From: Candidatus Saccharimonadota bacterium
GTDB taxonomy: Bacteria > Patescibacteriota > Saccharimonadia > Saccharimonadales > JAQGHD01
Assembly (NCBI GenBank): GCA_028288965.1
Contig: JAQGHD010000019.1
Location: 25,202 to 89,201, forward strand
DNA: 64,000 bases
Direction: 5' to 3'
Notes under the pieces: model-generated
What the model saw: only the letters and a program-made list of their open reading frames with translations
What the model was told of the DNA's origin: nothing
Databases searched by the model: none
Program-made: the position numbers and the translations under genes
Shown: positions 38,695-47,224 of the stretch, piece after piece
Layout: each line of letters opens with the position of its first letter
Numbering within the stretch: the first letter of the stretch is position 1

Positions 38695-39510
38695 ATGAAA
38701 ATACTCAATGGCCGCGAATTAGCGGACTATATCAAAGAGCGCCAAGCTCGCCAAGTTCGCAGTTTGCGCCAAGCAAACCAGGTTGTGCCTCGCCTGGCAA
38801 TTATTCAAACCAAGGACGACCCGGTTATTAATACCTATGTGCGACTAAAAAAGCGCTATGGCGCCGACCTTTTAATTGATGTAGATGTGCATTTTGTGCC
38901 GCAACCGGAAGTACCAGCCCTGCTAAATAAGCTCAATTCTGACGTAGCCGTGCACGGCATTATTGTTCAACTGCCGCTAACCGACCCAACTCAGACCGAA
39001 AAAATTGTTAACTTAGTGGCGCCAGACAAAGATGTGGATGCCCTAGGGACTAAGGCACAATTCGATCCGGCTACACCCATGGCCATTATGTGGCTGTTAA
39101 GCGGCTACAATATTGACCTCACGGGTAAAAAAGTGCTGCTCATTGGCCGTGGCAAATTAGTCGGCGCGCCACTAGAGCGGATGCTCAAAGATTCTGGCAT
39201 TGATGTGCAAGTGGTGGAACGCGGTGTCGATAACCTGGCCAAACTTACCCTGGCCGCCGACGTTATTATCACTGCCACGGGCAGTCCGAGCATTTTGTAT
39301 GCAGACATGCTTAAAACCGGCGCTGTGGTGGTGGATGCTGGCGTAGCTAGCGAGGAAGGCAAAACCGTGGGCGATCTGGCTCCAAATGTCTACGAGCGCC
39401 AAGACTTGATAGTTACACCTCAAAAAGGTGGCGTTGGGCCGCTTACGGTCTGCGCTTTATTTGATAACGTGATTCGAGCTGCACGGCGAACGGTAACTAA
39501 AGATTCATAA
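38695..39510 (+). CDS. folD: Bifunctional methylenetetrahydrofolate dehydrogenase / methenyltetrahydrofolate cyclohydrolase
   Basis: 271 aa; family-typical segments (GRGKLVGAPL, ATGSPSIL, VGPLTVCALFDNV). Confidence 0.85.
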   Translation: MKILNGRELADYIKERQARQVRSLRQANQVVPRLAIIQTKDDPVINTYVRLKKRYGADLLIDVDVHFVPQPEVPALLNKLNSDVAVHGIIVQLPLTDPTQTEKIVNLVAPDKDVDALGTKAQFDPATPMAIMWLLSGYNIDLTGKKVLLIGRGKLVGAPLERMLKDSGIDVQVVERGVDNLAKLTLAADVIITATGSPSILYADMLKTGAVVVDAGVASEEGKTVGDLAPNVYERQDLIVTPQKGGVGPLTVCALFDNVIRAARRTVTKDS

Positions 39511-39593
39511 ATAGAAGGCCCAAGTGAGAGAGAAAGCGGAAACGCGGATGCGTCCCAAACTTTCCCTCCCACCTGGAAGCCCCTGTTGCTGCC

Positions 39594-39914
39594 TTACGCC
39601 GCCGTTCTGGATGCCTGCGATCTCGCAGCATGCCACAAGAAATAGGCAAGCGCGGCGAAGATCACACCCAGGATGTTGCGCCAGGTGATTGACCGGAAGA
39701 ATGCCCAAAGCAGGAGCATGGCCGAAGCGAAGTAGAGCACGCAGGTAGCCAGCGCATTCTTCGTCAGTTCGTACGTCTCGTACCCAGCGATCGCGACGAC
39801 CACGGCAAAGAGCACGACGAAAAGTGTGCCGGCGTTGTGGCCAGAAACCAGTTGGTGCACGCTGATGAGGCCGGCGACCAAGGCGGCGATGTAGGTAATG
39901 AACTTGGGACTCAT
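39594..39914 (-). CDS. Small membrane protein (GC-rich segment)
   Basis: 106 aa, 3 hydrophobic helices; local GC content is clearly above that of the flanks. Confidence 0.4.
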   Translation of the reverse strand: MSPKFITYIAALVAGLISVHQLVSGHNAGTLFVVLFAVVVAIAGYETYELTKNALATCVLYFASAMLLLWAFFRSITWRNILGVIFAALAYFLWHAARSQASRTAA

Positions 39915-39939
39915 AACATGTCTCCTTGGTAGGGAACGA

Positions 39940-40248
39940 TCAGCGGCCGGAAGGCCGGACAGGTTGGCGAAGCAGACGACGCTGGTCGCGCACGCGGTTG
40001 CGGTGATCGAGATCGAGTGCCAGCCACATGATGACTGCCATGCCTAGGGCAATGGCTGCGATCGAGGCAGGCCTGAGCACGATGCTGTGAGGTTGGTGAT
40101 CGGCCAGGGCCGAAGCAATCTCGCAGAAGGCCGCGGGCAACAGCAAGCTGAGGCCGGTACGCCGCTTGTTCAGTTTGACGATGCAGACCCATGCCAGAGC
40201 AGCAAATGGGATGGCCAAAACAGCAAAGGCGGTACTGTCACTCATGAA
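39940..40248 (-). CDS. Small membrane protein (GC-rich segment; start at internal Met of the 39940..40335 ORF)
   Basis: MSDSTAFAVLAIPFAALAWVCIV...; hydrophobic. Confidence 0.35.
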   Translation of the reverse strand, partial: FMSDSTAFAVLAIPFAALAWVCIVKLNKRRTGLSLLLPAAFCEIASALADHQPHSIVLRPASIAAIALGMAVIMWLALDLDHRNRVRDQRRLLRQPVRPSGR

Positions 40249-40551
40249 TGAGCACTTCCTTTCCGGTTGGTGTAACAGGGAACTTGTGAAGGTTCTTTGG
40301 AGCAACTGCTCGACAAAGTATAGATATAATGGCATAAAATACTAAAAATATCAATGTTTGGGTGAGGCGACTATACCATGGCAGCAAGTAGACTACGGGC
40401 TTACTATGCCCACATTTTTTATAAGTTGTGCCGAAAATCACAAAGCTTATGCCAATTAGTTCACAGCTATTTTGCTTATGCTGTGGAAAGATTAAGACGG
40501 CTTATGCTTGCTATTCGGAGAAAAGAGGATAAAGATGTGGGGGAGAAAAGC

Positions 40552-40986
40552 ATGAATTCAATCAGTGCGTATGACGTCGCTAACGTCTTTGCTAAGCTGA
40601 CAGATATTGATTCTGGAGAGGTTTTAACGAACCTAAAAATCCAGAAGCTTGTTTACTACGCCCAAGGTTTTCACCTTGCAATGTTTGATAAGCCTCTTTT
40701 TAACGACCCTATTGTTGCGTGGGAGCATGGCCCTGTTGTTGAAGATTTGTACCACAAGCTAAAGGAGCATAAGTCATCACCAGTAATGATAGCTGGCGCA
40801 ATCAACAAAGACATCTCCACTGAACAAATTGAACTCCTTGTAGAGGTCTACGATGTTTACGGTCAGTTTTCAGCATGGAAACTCAGAGACATGACCCATA
40901 ACGAAACTCCTTGGGCAACAACACCAAAAGGTTACGTGATTACTCACGCTAAACTCAAAACATACTTCAAGAATCAGCTCCAGTAA
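40552..40986 (+). CDS. Panacea-domain (DUF4065) protein, antitoxin-like
   Basis: KIQKLVYYAQGFHLAMFDKPLFNDPIVAWEHGPVVEDLY is the hallmark block of the Panacea/SocA-like domain; strong SD GGGGGAG upstream. The ORF-track start at 40378 is probably too far upstream. Confidence 0.6.
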   Translation: MNSISAYDVANVFAKLTDIDSGEVLTNLKIQKLVYYAQGFHLAMFDKPLFNDPIVAWEHGPVVEDLYHKLKEHKSSPVMIAGAINKDISTEQIELLVEVYDVYGQFSAWKLRDMTHNETPWATTPKGYVITHAKLKTYFKNQLQ

Positions 40987-41420
40987 TGGATAGACGGCAT
41001 CCGCCTAAGCCGAAGAAAATGAAGGGCGTTTCGTTCAATCAGTCTCAAGTTAGAGTAGCTGAGTCCGCTAGTGCGCATAAGTCTGACCACCCAATATTTT
41101 GTTTGAGATATTTAGTAAATGGATACGACCTAGAGAAATGTGATAAAGAGCAAGCACACTTCTTCGTGAAGAAACTAGCAAATATGGCTCAATTATCATG
41201 GACAGCATTATTGCTTGGTGACCATAAAAGTGGGCTTGGTTTTGAGCCATTACCCAAGGACCAAATAAAAGCCCCATTGCCTGCAATTGTGACCAAGGAT
41301 ATAACTAGTATGCAAGTTATAAGATTTAAGCGTGACTACAGAATTATAGGTTTCAGGAGTGACGATACCTATAGAATTACACATATAGAGTTAGACAGGA
41401 GTGCTTATGACCACGGTTGA
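40986..41420 (+). CDS. Hypothetical protein, candidate toxin partner (C-terminus faintly RelE/ParE-like)
   Basis: Start overlaps the upstream stop (TAATGG), so co-transcribed with the Panacea gene; C-terminal RIIGFRSDDTYRITHIELDRSAY loosely resembles the RelE/ParE RxIY..d....i.i..HRxdxY end. Confidence 0.3.
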   Translation: MDRRHPPKPKKMKGVSFNQSQVRVAESASAHKSDHPIFCLRYLVNGYDLEKCDKEQAHFFVKKLANMAQLSWTALLLGDHKSGLGFEPLPKDQIKAPLPAIVTKDITSMQVIRFKRDYRIIGFRSDDTYRITHIELDRSAYDHG

Positions 41421-41462
41421 TAAGTATATAATATAGGTATGAGCAAGAAACTATTCAAACGA

Positions 41463-41711
41463 CTAATCAAACGTGCTTCCCAGCCCGTCCCAAAAGAACA
41501 AGGTAAATCGGTACAGTCCTGAAGTTATAATAAAAACAAAACTGGTTAAGGTAAGACTCTGTAGGTACTTCGGGCTAACGGCGTGATGAGTGCCATCTAT
41601 TGACCGCTTTAGTTGGCTCCAAAAGCCCTCGATGGTGTTGGTGTGGACGTTGCCACGTATATATTCAAGCGTTGAATGATTAACCGTTGTGTGGTTGCAG
41701 CCCGCTTGCAT
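41463..41711 (-). pseudogene. IS1595-family transposase remnant (C-terminal fragment only)
   Basis: NTIEGFWSQLKRSIDGTHHAVSPKYLQ is the conserved C-terminal block of IS1595-family DDE transposases; no N-terminal catalytic region is present upstream. Confidence 0.55.
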
Positions 41712-41725
41712 TCAGAAAAATGATT

Positions 41726-41800
41726 CGCTTTCGCTCTTTTGAGCTCATCAGTATGAATACACATTCATAAAACGAAAACGACAAATAGACAGAGATAAAG
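41726..41800. repeat. ~75-bp direct repeat, copy 1 (CGCTTTCGCTCTTTTGAGCTCATCAGTATGAATACACATTCATAAA...)
   Basis: Near-identical to 42794..42868. The two copies flank a ~1-kb GC-rich segment. Confidence 0.8.
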
Positions 41801-41900
41801 ATACACAAAGCAGCCAGGGAGGTGGCAAGGCTTTGATATATCAATATCACTGCCTATTTGCCATTCTCGCTTTACCGAGAACTTTTCTCGACCGTCAGTG

Positions 41901-42566
41901 TCAGTTGGCGTCCTGCACAATAAACCCAAACGTCAGGTCATCTTGGTCGCGGAGGTAAGGGAACAGACCCACGTAGGAGGTGCTCAAGCGCCCGGCCGCG
42001 ATCTTGCTGATGACGCTTTCCAGGTGCTGTTTTGCCCGATCTACGTCTGTAACGCGCGTGTCGATGTCCAAGGCTGCTGCCCGGAGTTCGAGCACGTAGC
42101 CCTTGACACCGTCTAGGTCTGTCAATTCGATGGCTACTTGCCTGGTTGCGTCAGCGAAAGCCTGCTGGTCCATGATCTGTTTGGTGATGTGGCTCATTGG
42201 CGTGAACCTTGCAAGGTTGCTGTTGAAGGTGATGATCACCCGGCGGAATGGCCATTCTGTCTGCGGTGTTGCGAGAACACGCTTGTCTCCACGCAAGGGG
42301 AACAAGTCCAACAGATTCTGGGTCGCCCAATCGATGGTAACCTGAACCCACTCTGCAACGGCAGCTGAATTCGTGACGTTGTCACGATACTCAACCGACA
42401 TGTCAAAACGGTTGATGTTGCAGCCAAAGACGCCGTCATGTTGCATAATGCGACCCCTAAGGGGCAGCACTGCATCGCGGTGATCCTCTGAGTTAAAGGT
42501 GCCTGTCTCTTCGTTGATTCCGGTTATAGCCGTATTGAATTCGAACGTGAGAGTCTGATTGGTCAT
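41901..42566 (-). CDS. Hypothetical protein (221 aa, soluble), GC-rich foreign-looking gene
   Basis: SD AGGAG 7 nt before ATG; high GC and GC3 versus the flanks; no recognisable motif. Confidence 0.45.
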   Translation of the reverse strand: MTNQTLTFEFNTAITGINEETGTFNSEDHRDAVLPLRGRIMQHDGVFGCNINRFDMSVEYRDNVTNSAAVAEWVQVTIDWATQNLLDLFPLRGDKRVLATPQTEWPFRRVIITFNSNLARFTPMSHITKQIMDQQAFADATRQVAIELTDLDGVKGYVLELRAAALDIDTRVTDVDRAKQHLESVISKIAAGRLSTSYVGLFPYLRDQDDLTFGFIVQDAN

Positions 42567-42633
42567 GTTGGCTCCTGCTTCAACTCACCTGACTGTTTGT
42601 CCCAACTGACGTTGGCGCGTATCCATAATGAAC

Positions 42634-42778
42634 ACACAAAGTGAGATACCAAGACGCATGGGTGTCCTAGTAACTCACTTTGTGTTTCTGTCTATTTGTC
42701 AAATAACACCTTTGGAACCCATTGGCTCAACAAAAGCAAACATTATATTACCATATAATCATAAAAAAGTCCACAATC
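42634..42778 (-). promoter_or_regulatory. Conserved leader module copy 1 (putative promoter TGGACT-17-TAATAT, conserved 45-nt block, 11-bp hairpin) upstream of 41901..42566
   Basis: Shares a ~150-nt architecture with 43430..43580: hairpin CACAAAGTGAG/CTCACTTTGTG plus conserved TTGTCAAATAACACCTTTGGAACC.ATTGGCTCAACAAAAGCAA plus AAAAGTCCACA. Confidence 0.5.
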
Positions 42779-42793
42779 TGTTTGGACGGTTAC

Positions 42794-42868
42794 CGCTTTC
42801 GCTCTTTTGAGCTCATCAGTATGAATACACATTCATAAAGCAGAAATGACGACCAGACAGGAGTTTAG
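42794..42868. repeat. ~75-bp direct repeat, copy 2
   Basis: See copy 1. Confidence 0.8.
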
Positions 42869-42946
42869 GGTAGAGGGATGACCACAAGGGTCAAACGTCT
42901 AGTTTCCTAAACTGCTCCCTGATGGTCATTTTTGCGCGCGATAACG

Positions 42947-43378
42947 CTATCCGTTATCGCACAAGCGTGGGGTCTGTTGAGACGCCGGCAGCTTGTTGAA
43001 ACTGAGGATGTTCTTGAACGACGAGAAGAGCGGCACACGCCAACCCTTGATTTGCACGCTGTACGTCGTCTCGGGCTGGATCTTGCCGTAGGCGTCGGCA
43101 GTGTTAAACCGTGTCTTGCCGAACAGCGAGTCCTTCATGACAAACGTGCCACCACTGGTGTAGATGCGGTATTCGCCGCCGTTTTGGGTAGCTACGCGCT
43201 CCTTGCTGCACACCGTCAGCACGCGAGTGCTGATGTGGTTGTAGTTGTGGAAGATGGCAGAGATGCCGACTACGAGGGCCAAAACGACCGCCGCAATGGC
43301 AACTGCACAACCCGCGCCCTGGAAATTCTCTCGACGACGAGCCCGATACTGGTTCGCATCACTAGTTCTCATGGACAT
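42947..43378 (-). CDS. Hypothetical membrane-anchored protein (143 aa; basic N-terminus, one TM, extracytoplasmic domain), GC-rich
   Basis: Very strong SD (GGAGAGGAGAAAGGAAG); TM VAIAAVVLALVVGISAI; the opposite-strand ORF 42932..43507 is low-complexity antisense. Confidence 0.45.
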   Translation of the reverse strand: MSMRTSDANQYRARRRENFQGAGCAVAIAAVVLALVVGISAIFHNYNHISTRVLTVCSKERVATQNGGEYRIYTSGGTFVMKDSLFGKTRFNTADAYGKIQPETTYSVQIKGWRVPLFSSFKNILSFNKLPASQQTPRLCDNG

Positions 43379-43429
43379 AGGGTCTTCCTTTCTCCTCTCC
43401 TCGGCATACAGCCTAAGGTGTTTATCCTA

Positions 43430-43580
43430 AACACACAAGGTGAGGAACAAAAGTACAATAATTATACGTTTGGTGCTCACCTTGTGCTTTGTCTGGTTGT
43501 CAAATAACACCTTTGGAACCGATTGGCTCAACAAAAGCAATGTAGATAATAACATAAAAATGCGCAAAAGTCCACATCTC
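43430..43580 (-). promoter_or_regulatory. Conserved leader module copy 2 upstream of 42947..43378
   Basis: Hairpin CACAAGGTGAG/CTCACCTTGTG (compensatory A-T to G-C change relative to copy 1) plus the same conserved block. Confidence 0.5.
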
Positions 43581-43607
43581 TACAGATGTGCATGCTACAC
43601 TAGGCTC

Positions 43608-44252
43608 ATGAAAATTGGCGTCTTTGACTCGGGGGTAGGGGGCAAATCGGTAGCTAATGCCATCTCTCGGGCGCTGCCGCAGCATCAGGTTATTTTTATG
43701 ATGGATAGCGCCCATTTTCCGTACGCCACAAAAACTCCACAAGAAATTCATGGCTATGTGGTGCCGATACTGACAGACCTGGTGGGGCAGGGGTGTGAGG
43801 TAATAGTGATTGCCTGTAACACCGTGTCTACTAACCTTATTGATGAACTTCGCGAGACTTTGCCAGTGCCGCTAATTGCCATGGAGCCCATGGTCAAGCC
43901 AGCTGCCGAACAGACCAAAAGCAAGGTTATTGTCGTGTGTGCCACACCGACCACCCTGGCTAGCCCACGTTACCAATGGCTCAAAGACACCTACGCGTCA
44001 GGTATAAAAGTGCTGGAACCGGATTGTAGCAACTGGAGCTACATGATTGAGACCAACCAAATAGATAGGCAAAAAATCCACGACCAAATAGACCAAGCCT
44101 GCCAGGCTGGGGCGGATATGATTGTGCTGGGCTGTACCCATTACCACTGGATTGAGGACATTATTACAGAGGTGGTGCAGGGCAGGGCACAGGTGATCCA
44201 GCCGGAGCAGCCGGTGATCGAGCAACTAAAAAAGGTAATGGCTAGTTTATAA
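43608..44252 (+). CDS. murI: Glutamate racemase
   Basis: KIGVFDSGVGG, IACNTVS, LGCTHY motifs; the 43440 start in the ORF track is an upstream extension through the leader module. Confidence 0.8.
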   Translation: MKIGVFDSGVGGKSVANAISRALPQHQVIFMMDSAHFPYATKTPQEIHGYVVPILTDLVGQGCEVIVIACNTVSTNLIDELRETLPVPLIAMEPMVKPAAEQTKSKVIVVCATPTTLASPRYQWLKDTYASGIKVLEPDCSNWSYMIETNQIDRQKIHDQIDQACQAGADMIVLGCTHYHWIEDIITEVVQGRAQVIQPEQPVIEQLKKVMASL

Positions 44253-45618
44253 CTTTTACGGCCGCTTGGAACTGTTCGGCGCGGTCTTTGTAATTCTTGA
44301 ACATACCAAAGCTGGCGCAGCCCGTAGACAGTAGCACCACGTCGCCAGGGTGGGCGGCGCCTTTGGCCTGAGCCACAATATCGGCCATGGTGTCGCCACC
44401 TTCTATGATGTTGGTATAACCGGCAGTTTTAAGCGCCTCGGCAATCTTTGGTCCTTGATCACCAATGGCAATCACGGCACGAACATTGCTGGTGGCTACC
44501 ACATGCGCCAGTTCGTCATAATTAGAACCTTTGTCGGATCCACCCAAGATACAAATCTTTGGTTGGACAAAAGCCTGAATAGCCACCATGGCTGTCTCCG
44601 GTGTGGTGCCAAACGAATCGTCGTAATACGCTACGCCATCTATCTCTCGGACCAACTGCAAACGGTGCTCTAGCCCCGCAAAGCTGGTGATCACTTTTTT
44701 GGGGGCTATGACATCATGGCTGGTCAATTCCCAGGTGGCAGCAATGGCCGCGCAGATGTTTTCTAGATTGTGATGGCCCAGCAGGGCAACTTCATCGGTG
44801 TTACAGATGGCAGTAGTGGCCATATAAATAGTGTCGCCATAGACGTAAGCACCAGATTTATCGCTTGGCGCCTCTGTTGGCGGCGGAACGTCATAGACGA
44901 TTTTGCGGGCAGGGGAGGCACCGGCAATTTCGGCCGAATGCGCACTGTGGTGATTGTACACCGCCAAATCTTCTGGCTTCTGCCAGCGAAAGAGCTGTTG
45001 CTTGGCAGTCACGTATTCTTCCATGTTGGCGTGCCAGTTTAGGTGTTCTGGCACCACCATCAGGCAAACAGCAATGCCTGGTGAATACTTGAGATCAATT
45101 AGTTGAAAATTAGCCAGTTCTAGCACGATGTAATCATTTGGCTGGATGCCAGCCTCGAGCATGGACAGTGGGGGAGTGCCAATATTACCACCTAGGTGTA
45201 CCCGCTTCCCCACCGCTTCTAAGATTTTGGCAATCAGCGTGGAGGTAGTACCTTTGCCCTTGGTACCCGTTACGCCAATTATATTTTTACTGGGGCAAAT
45301 CTTAAAAAATTCGTTAGTCACAGTAGTGACTTTACTAAGTATAGTCGCATCGTTGTCGTTGGCAGCCAGAATGTCAGCAGGGTGGACCGACGGCCCGCGC
45401 ACCAACAAATCAAACTCCCCTAGTCCGCCCAGGTAATCTTTGCCCAACTGCCCGACTGCACCAACTGGTACCCGTACCTGCTCGTCGGCGTCGCAAATAG
45501 TCAGCTGGTTGTCTGGCTGACTCCAGTACTTAAAGGCCGCTTCTCCCTGCGCCCCATACCCCAAAATGGCTACCCTCATGCCGCTATTATCACTGAAAGT
45601 TTCACCAGTGGCAATCAT
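44242..45618 (-). CDS. murD: UDP-N-acetylmuramoyl-L-alanine--D-glutamate ligase
   Basis: GVTGTKGKGTT P-loop, Mur ligase middle and C-terminal domains (GLEHRLQLV...). Its 3' end overlaps the murI 3' end by 11 nt (convergent). Confidence 0.9.
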   Translation of the reverse strand: MIATGETFSDNSGMRVAILGYGAQGEAAFKYWSQPDNQLTICDADEQVRVPVGAVGQLGKDYLGGLGEFDLLVRGPSVHPADILAANDNDATILSKVTTVTNEFFKICPSKNIIGVTGTKGKGTTSTLIAKILEAVGKRVHLGGNIGTPPLSMLEAGIQPNDYIVLELANFQLIDLKYSPGIAVCLMVVPEHLNWHANMEEYVTAKQQLFRWQKPEDLAVYNHHSAHSAEIAGASPARKIVYDVPPPTEAPSDKSGAYVYGDTIYMATTAICNTDEVALLGHHNLENICAAIAATWELTSHDVIAPKKVITSFAGLEHRLQLVREIDGVAYYDDSFGTTPETAMVAIQAFVQPKICILGGSDKGSNYDELAHVVATSNVRAVIAIGDQGPKIAEALKTAGYTNIIEGGDTMADIVAQAKGAAHPGDVVLLSTGCASFGMFKNYKDRAEQFQAAVKVIN

Positions 45619-45660
45619 AAGTTTTTAGGGCATATAAACCCCATGCTACTATTAACACTC

Positions 45661-46221
45661 ATGAAGGAATTAATATTCTCTACTGGCAATGCGGATAAAT
45701 TTGCCTCAGCGCAGAGTGCATGTACGGAGTACGGGCTGACGTTTACTCAGTCCAAACTAGACATTGATGAGATCCAAGGTGAGAATTCTGAGCGTATAGC
45801 CCGCGATAAGGCCAATAAAGCGTTTGTACTAGTCCAGAAACCGCTAGTTGTCACCGATGATTCTTGGGCATTCTTGGGCCTAAATGGTTTCCCCGGAGCA
45901 TATATGCGTTCTATGAATCATTGGTTTACACCGGAAGATTTTCTGCGATTAACGTTGCCACTCCAAGATAGGCAGGTGTTACTTAAGATGTATGTTGTTT
46001 ATCAAGATGCGCAGCGGCAAAAACTATTTACAGGTGAGGTTAGCGGAAAGCTTTTAAAAGAAGTACGCGGGCATTCAGACAATCCAAGTCATTCTATCGT
46101 TTCACTAGATGGAGATAACGGACTAAGCATCGCAGAGGTGTATGAACAAGGCACAAATCTTTCCCAGCGTCAAAGTGCCATTATCTGGCATCAGTTTGCA
46201 AAATGGTACACAGCAATCTAA
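45661..46221 (+). CDS. rdgB: Non-canonical purine NTP pyrophosphatase (Ham1/RdgB family)
   Basis: LIFSTGNADKF and VVTDDSWAFLGLNGFPGAYMRS match the Ham1 motifs. Confidence 0.7.
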   Translation: MKELIFSTGNADKFASAQSACTEYGLTFTQSKLDIDEIQGENSERIARDKANKAFVLVQKPLVVTDDSWAFLGLNGFPGAYMRSMNHWFTPEDFLRLTLPLQDRQVLLKMYVVYQDAQRQKLFTGEVSGKLLKEVRGHSDNPSHSIVSLDGDNGLSIAEVYEQGTNLSQRQSAIIWHQFAKWYTAI

Positions 46222-46318
46222 ATTAGCTCTACGACTTCACTGTTTACTGCTCGCCGCCATGCTTGACCAAAAGCCCTATGGCCCCACAAGGAGTACAGTG
46301 TCCTTTTTACCTAAGAGA

Positions 46319-46681
46319 TTATAAATGCTGTTTAACGAGTTCGGCTACCTGCCGGGGGGTCATATCGGCCTTTAAGATCACGGCCTCTACGCCAAGTTTT
46401 TTTACATCATCTGGAATTTCTTGCTCGCCCACATTGGTCAGGATCACTACCTTAATCTTTTTGCCCCAATCGGTTTTGCGCATAGCGGCCAGCATTTGGT
46501 CACCGGTCATCTCTGGCATCATCAGATCCAGCAGAATCATGTCTGGGTTCATTTTCTCGGCCAGCTCCAAACCCAGCTTACCGTTTTCAGCGGTTTCTAC
46601 CGTAAAGCCCTCGGCCTCGAACTTAATCCGATACATTTGGCTTATGGCTTGGTCGTCTTCTACAATTGCAATTTTTGCCAT
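46319..46681 (-). CDS. Stand-alone response-regulator receiver domain protein (paralog 1)
   Basis: 120 aa; IVEDD...LLDLMMP (phospho-acceptor Asp)...ILT...K receiver signature, no output domain. Confidence 0.8.
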   Translation of the reverse strand: MAKIAIVEDDQAISQMYRIKFEAEGFTVETAENGKLGLELAEKMNPDMILLDLMMPEMTGDQMLAAMRKTDWGKKIKVVILTNVGEQEIPDDVKKLGVEAVILKADMTPRQVAELVKQHL

Positions 46682-46720
46682 ATTTCTAATCGTACGGGAA
46701 GTTGAGACTTAACTCAATCG

Positions 46721-47107
46721 TTAGTTAGCTGGTTGCGGCTTGGCGATGGTTTGCTGGACAATCTCCAATACCTGGTGGGGCGTGTAATAGGCTTTGACAA
46801 TATACTTCTCGACGTTTAGTTGGCGGACCCTTGGTGGGACCTCATCTTCGCTAATATTGGTCAGAATAATCACTTTAATGTCCTTACCCCAATCTGTTTG
46901 GCGCAGTTCCTCGAGCATCTCGTCACCGCGCATTTCGGGCATCATAACGTCGAGCATTATCAGATCGGGCTTGAATGTTTTGATCAGTTCCAGGCCTATC
47001 TTGCCATTCTCGGCTATTTTGACTTGGTAGCCCTCGGCATCCAGCTTAATGCGATACATATCGCTGATTGCTTGGTCGTCTTCTATAATTGCTATTTTTT
47101 GTGCCAT
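46721..47107 (-). CDS. Stand-alone response-regulator receiver domain protein (paralog 2)
   Basis: 128 aa; closely similar to paralog 1 (IIEDDQAISDMYRIKLDAEGY...MLDVMMPEMRGDEML...TDWGKDIKVIILTN). Confidence 0.8.
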   Translation of the reverse strand: MAQKIAIIEDDQAISDMYRIKLDAEGYQVKIAENGKIGLELIKTFKPDLIMLDVMMPEMRGDEMLEELRQTDWGKDIKVIILTNISEDEVPPRVRQLNVEKYIVKAYYTPHQVLEIVQQTIAKPQPAN

Positions 47108-47224
47108 GTTTTTTCCTATTCAAAAAGCGAGAGCAACTAGGGCCGCTACACGAAAGGCCGTAATTGTTCTCGCTTTGGTCTGATAAAAGAACTACATCTG
47201 ATTCTAGCGCTTATGGTTGGCTTG

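Noticed and set aside
42932-43507. Plus-strand ORF 42932..43507 (191 aa) overlapping the minus-strand 143-aa gene
   Set aside because: R/A/V-rich low-complexity translation that runs through the conserved leader module. The minus-strand ORF has a very strong SD and a TM helix, so it is preferred.
44242-44252. 11-nt 3'-3' overlap of murI and murD as something unusual
   Set aside because: Convergent short overlaps are common in compact genomes; no further significance can be supported.
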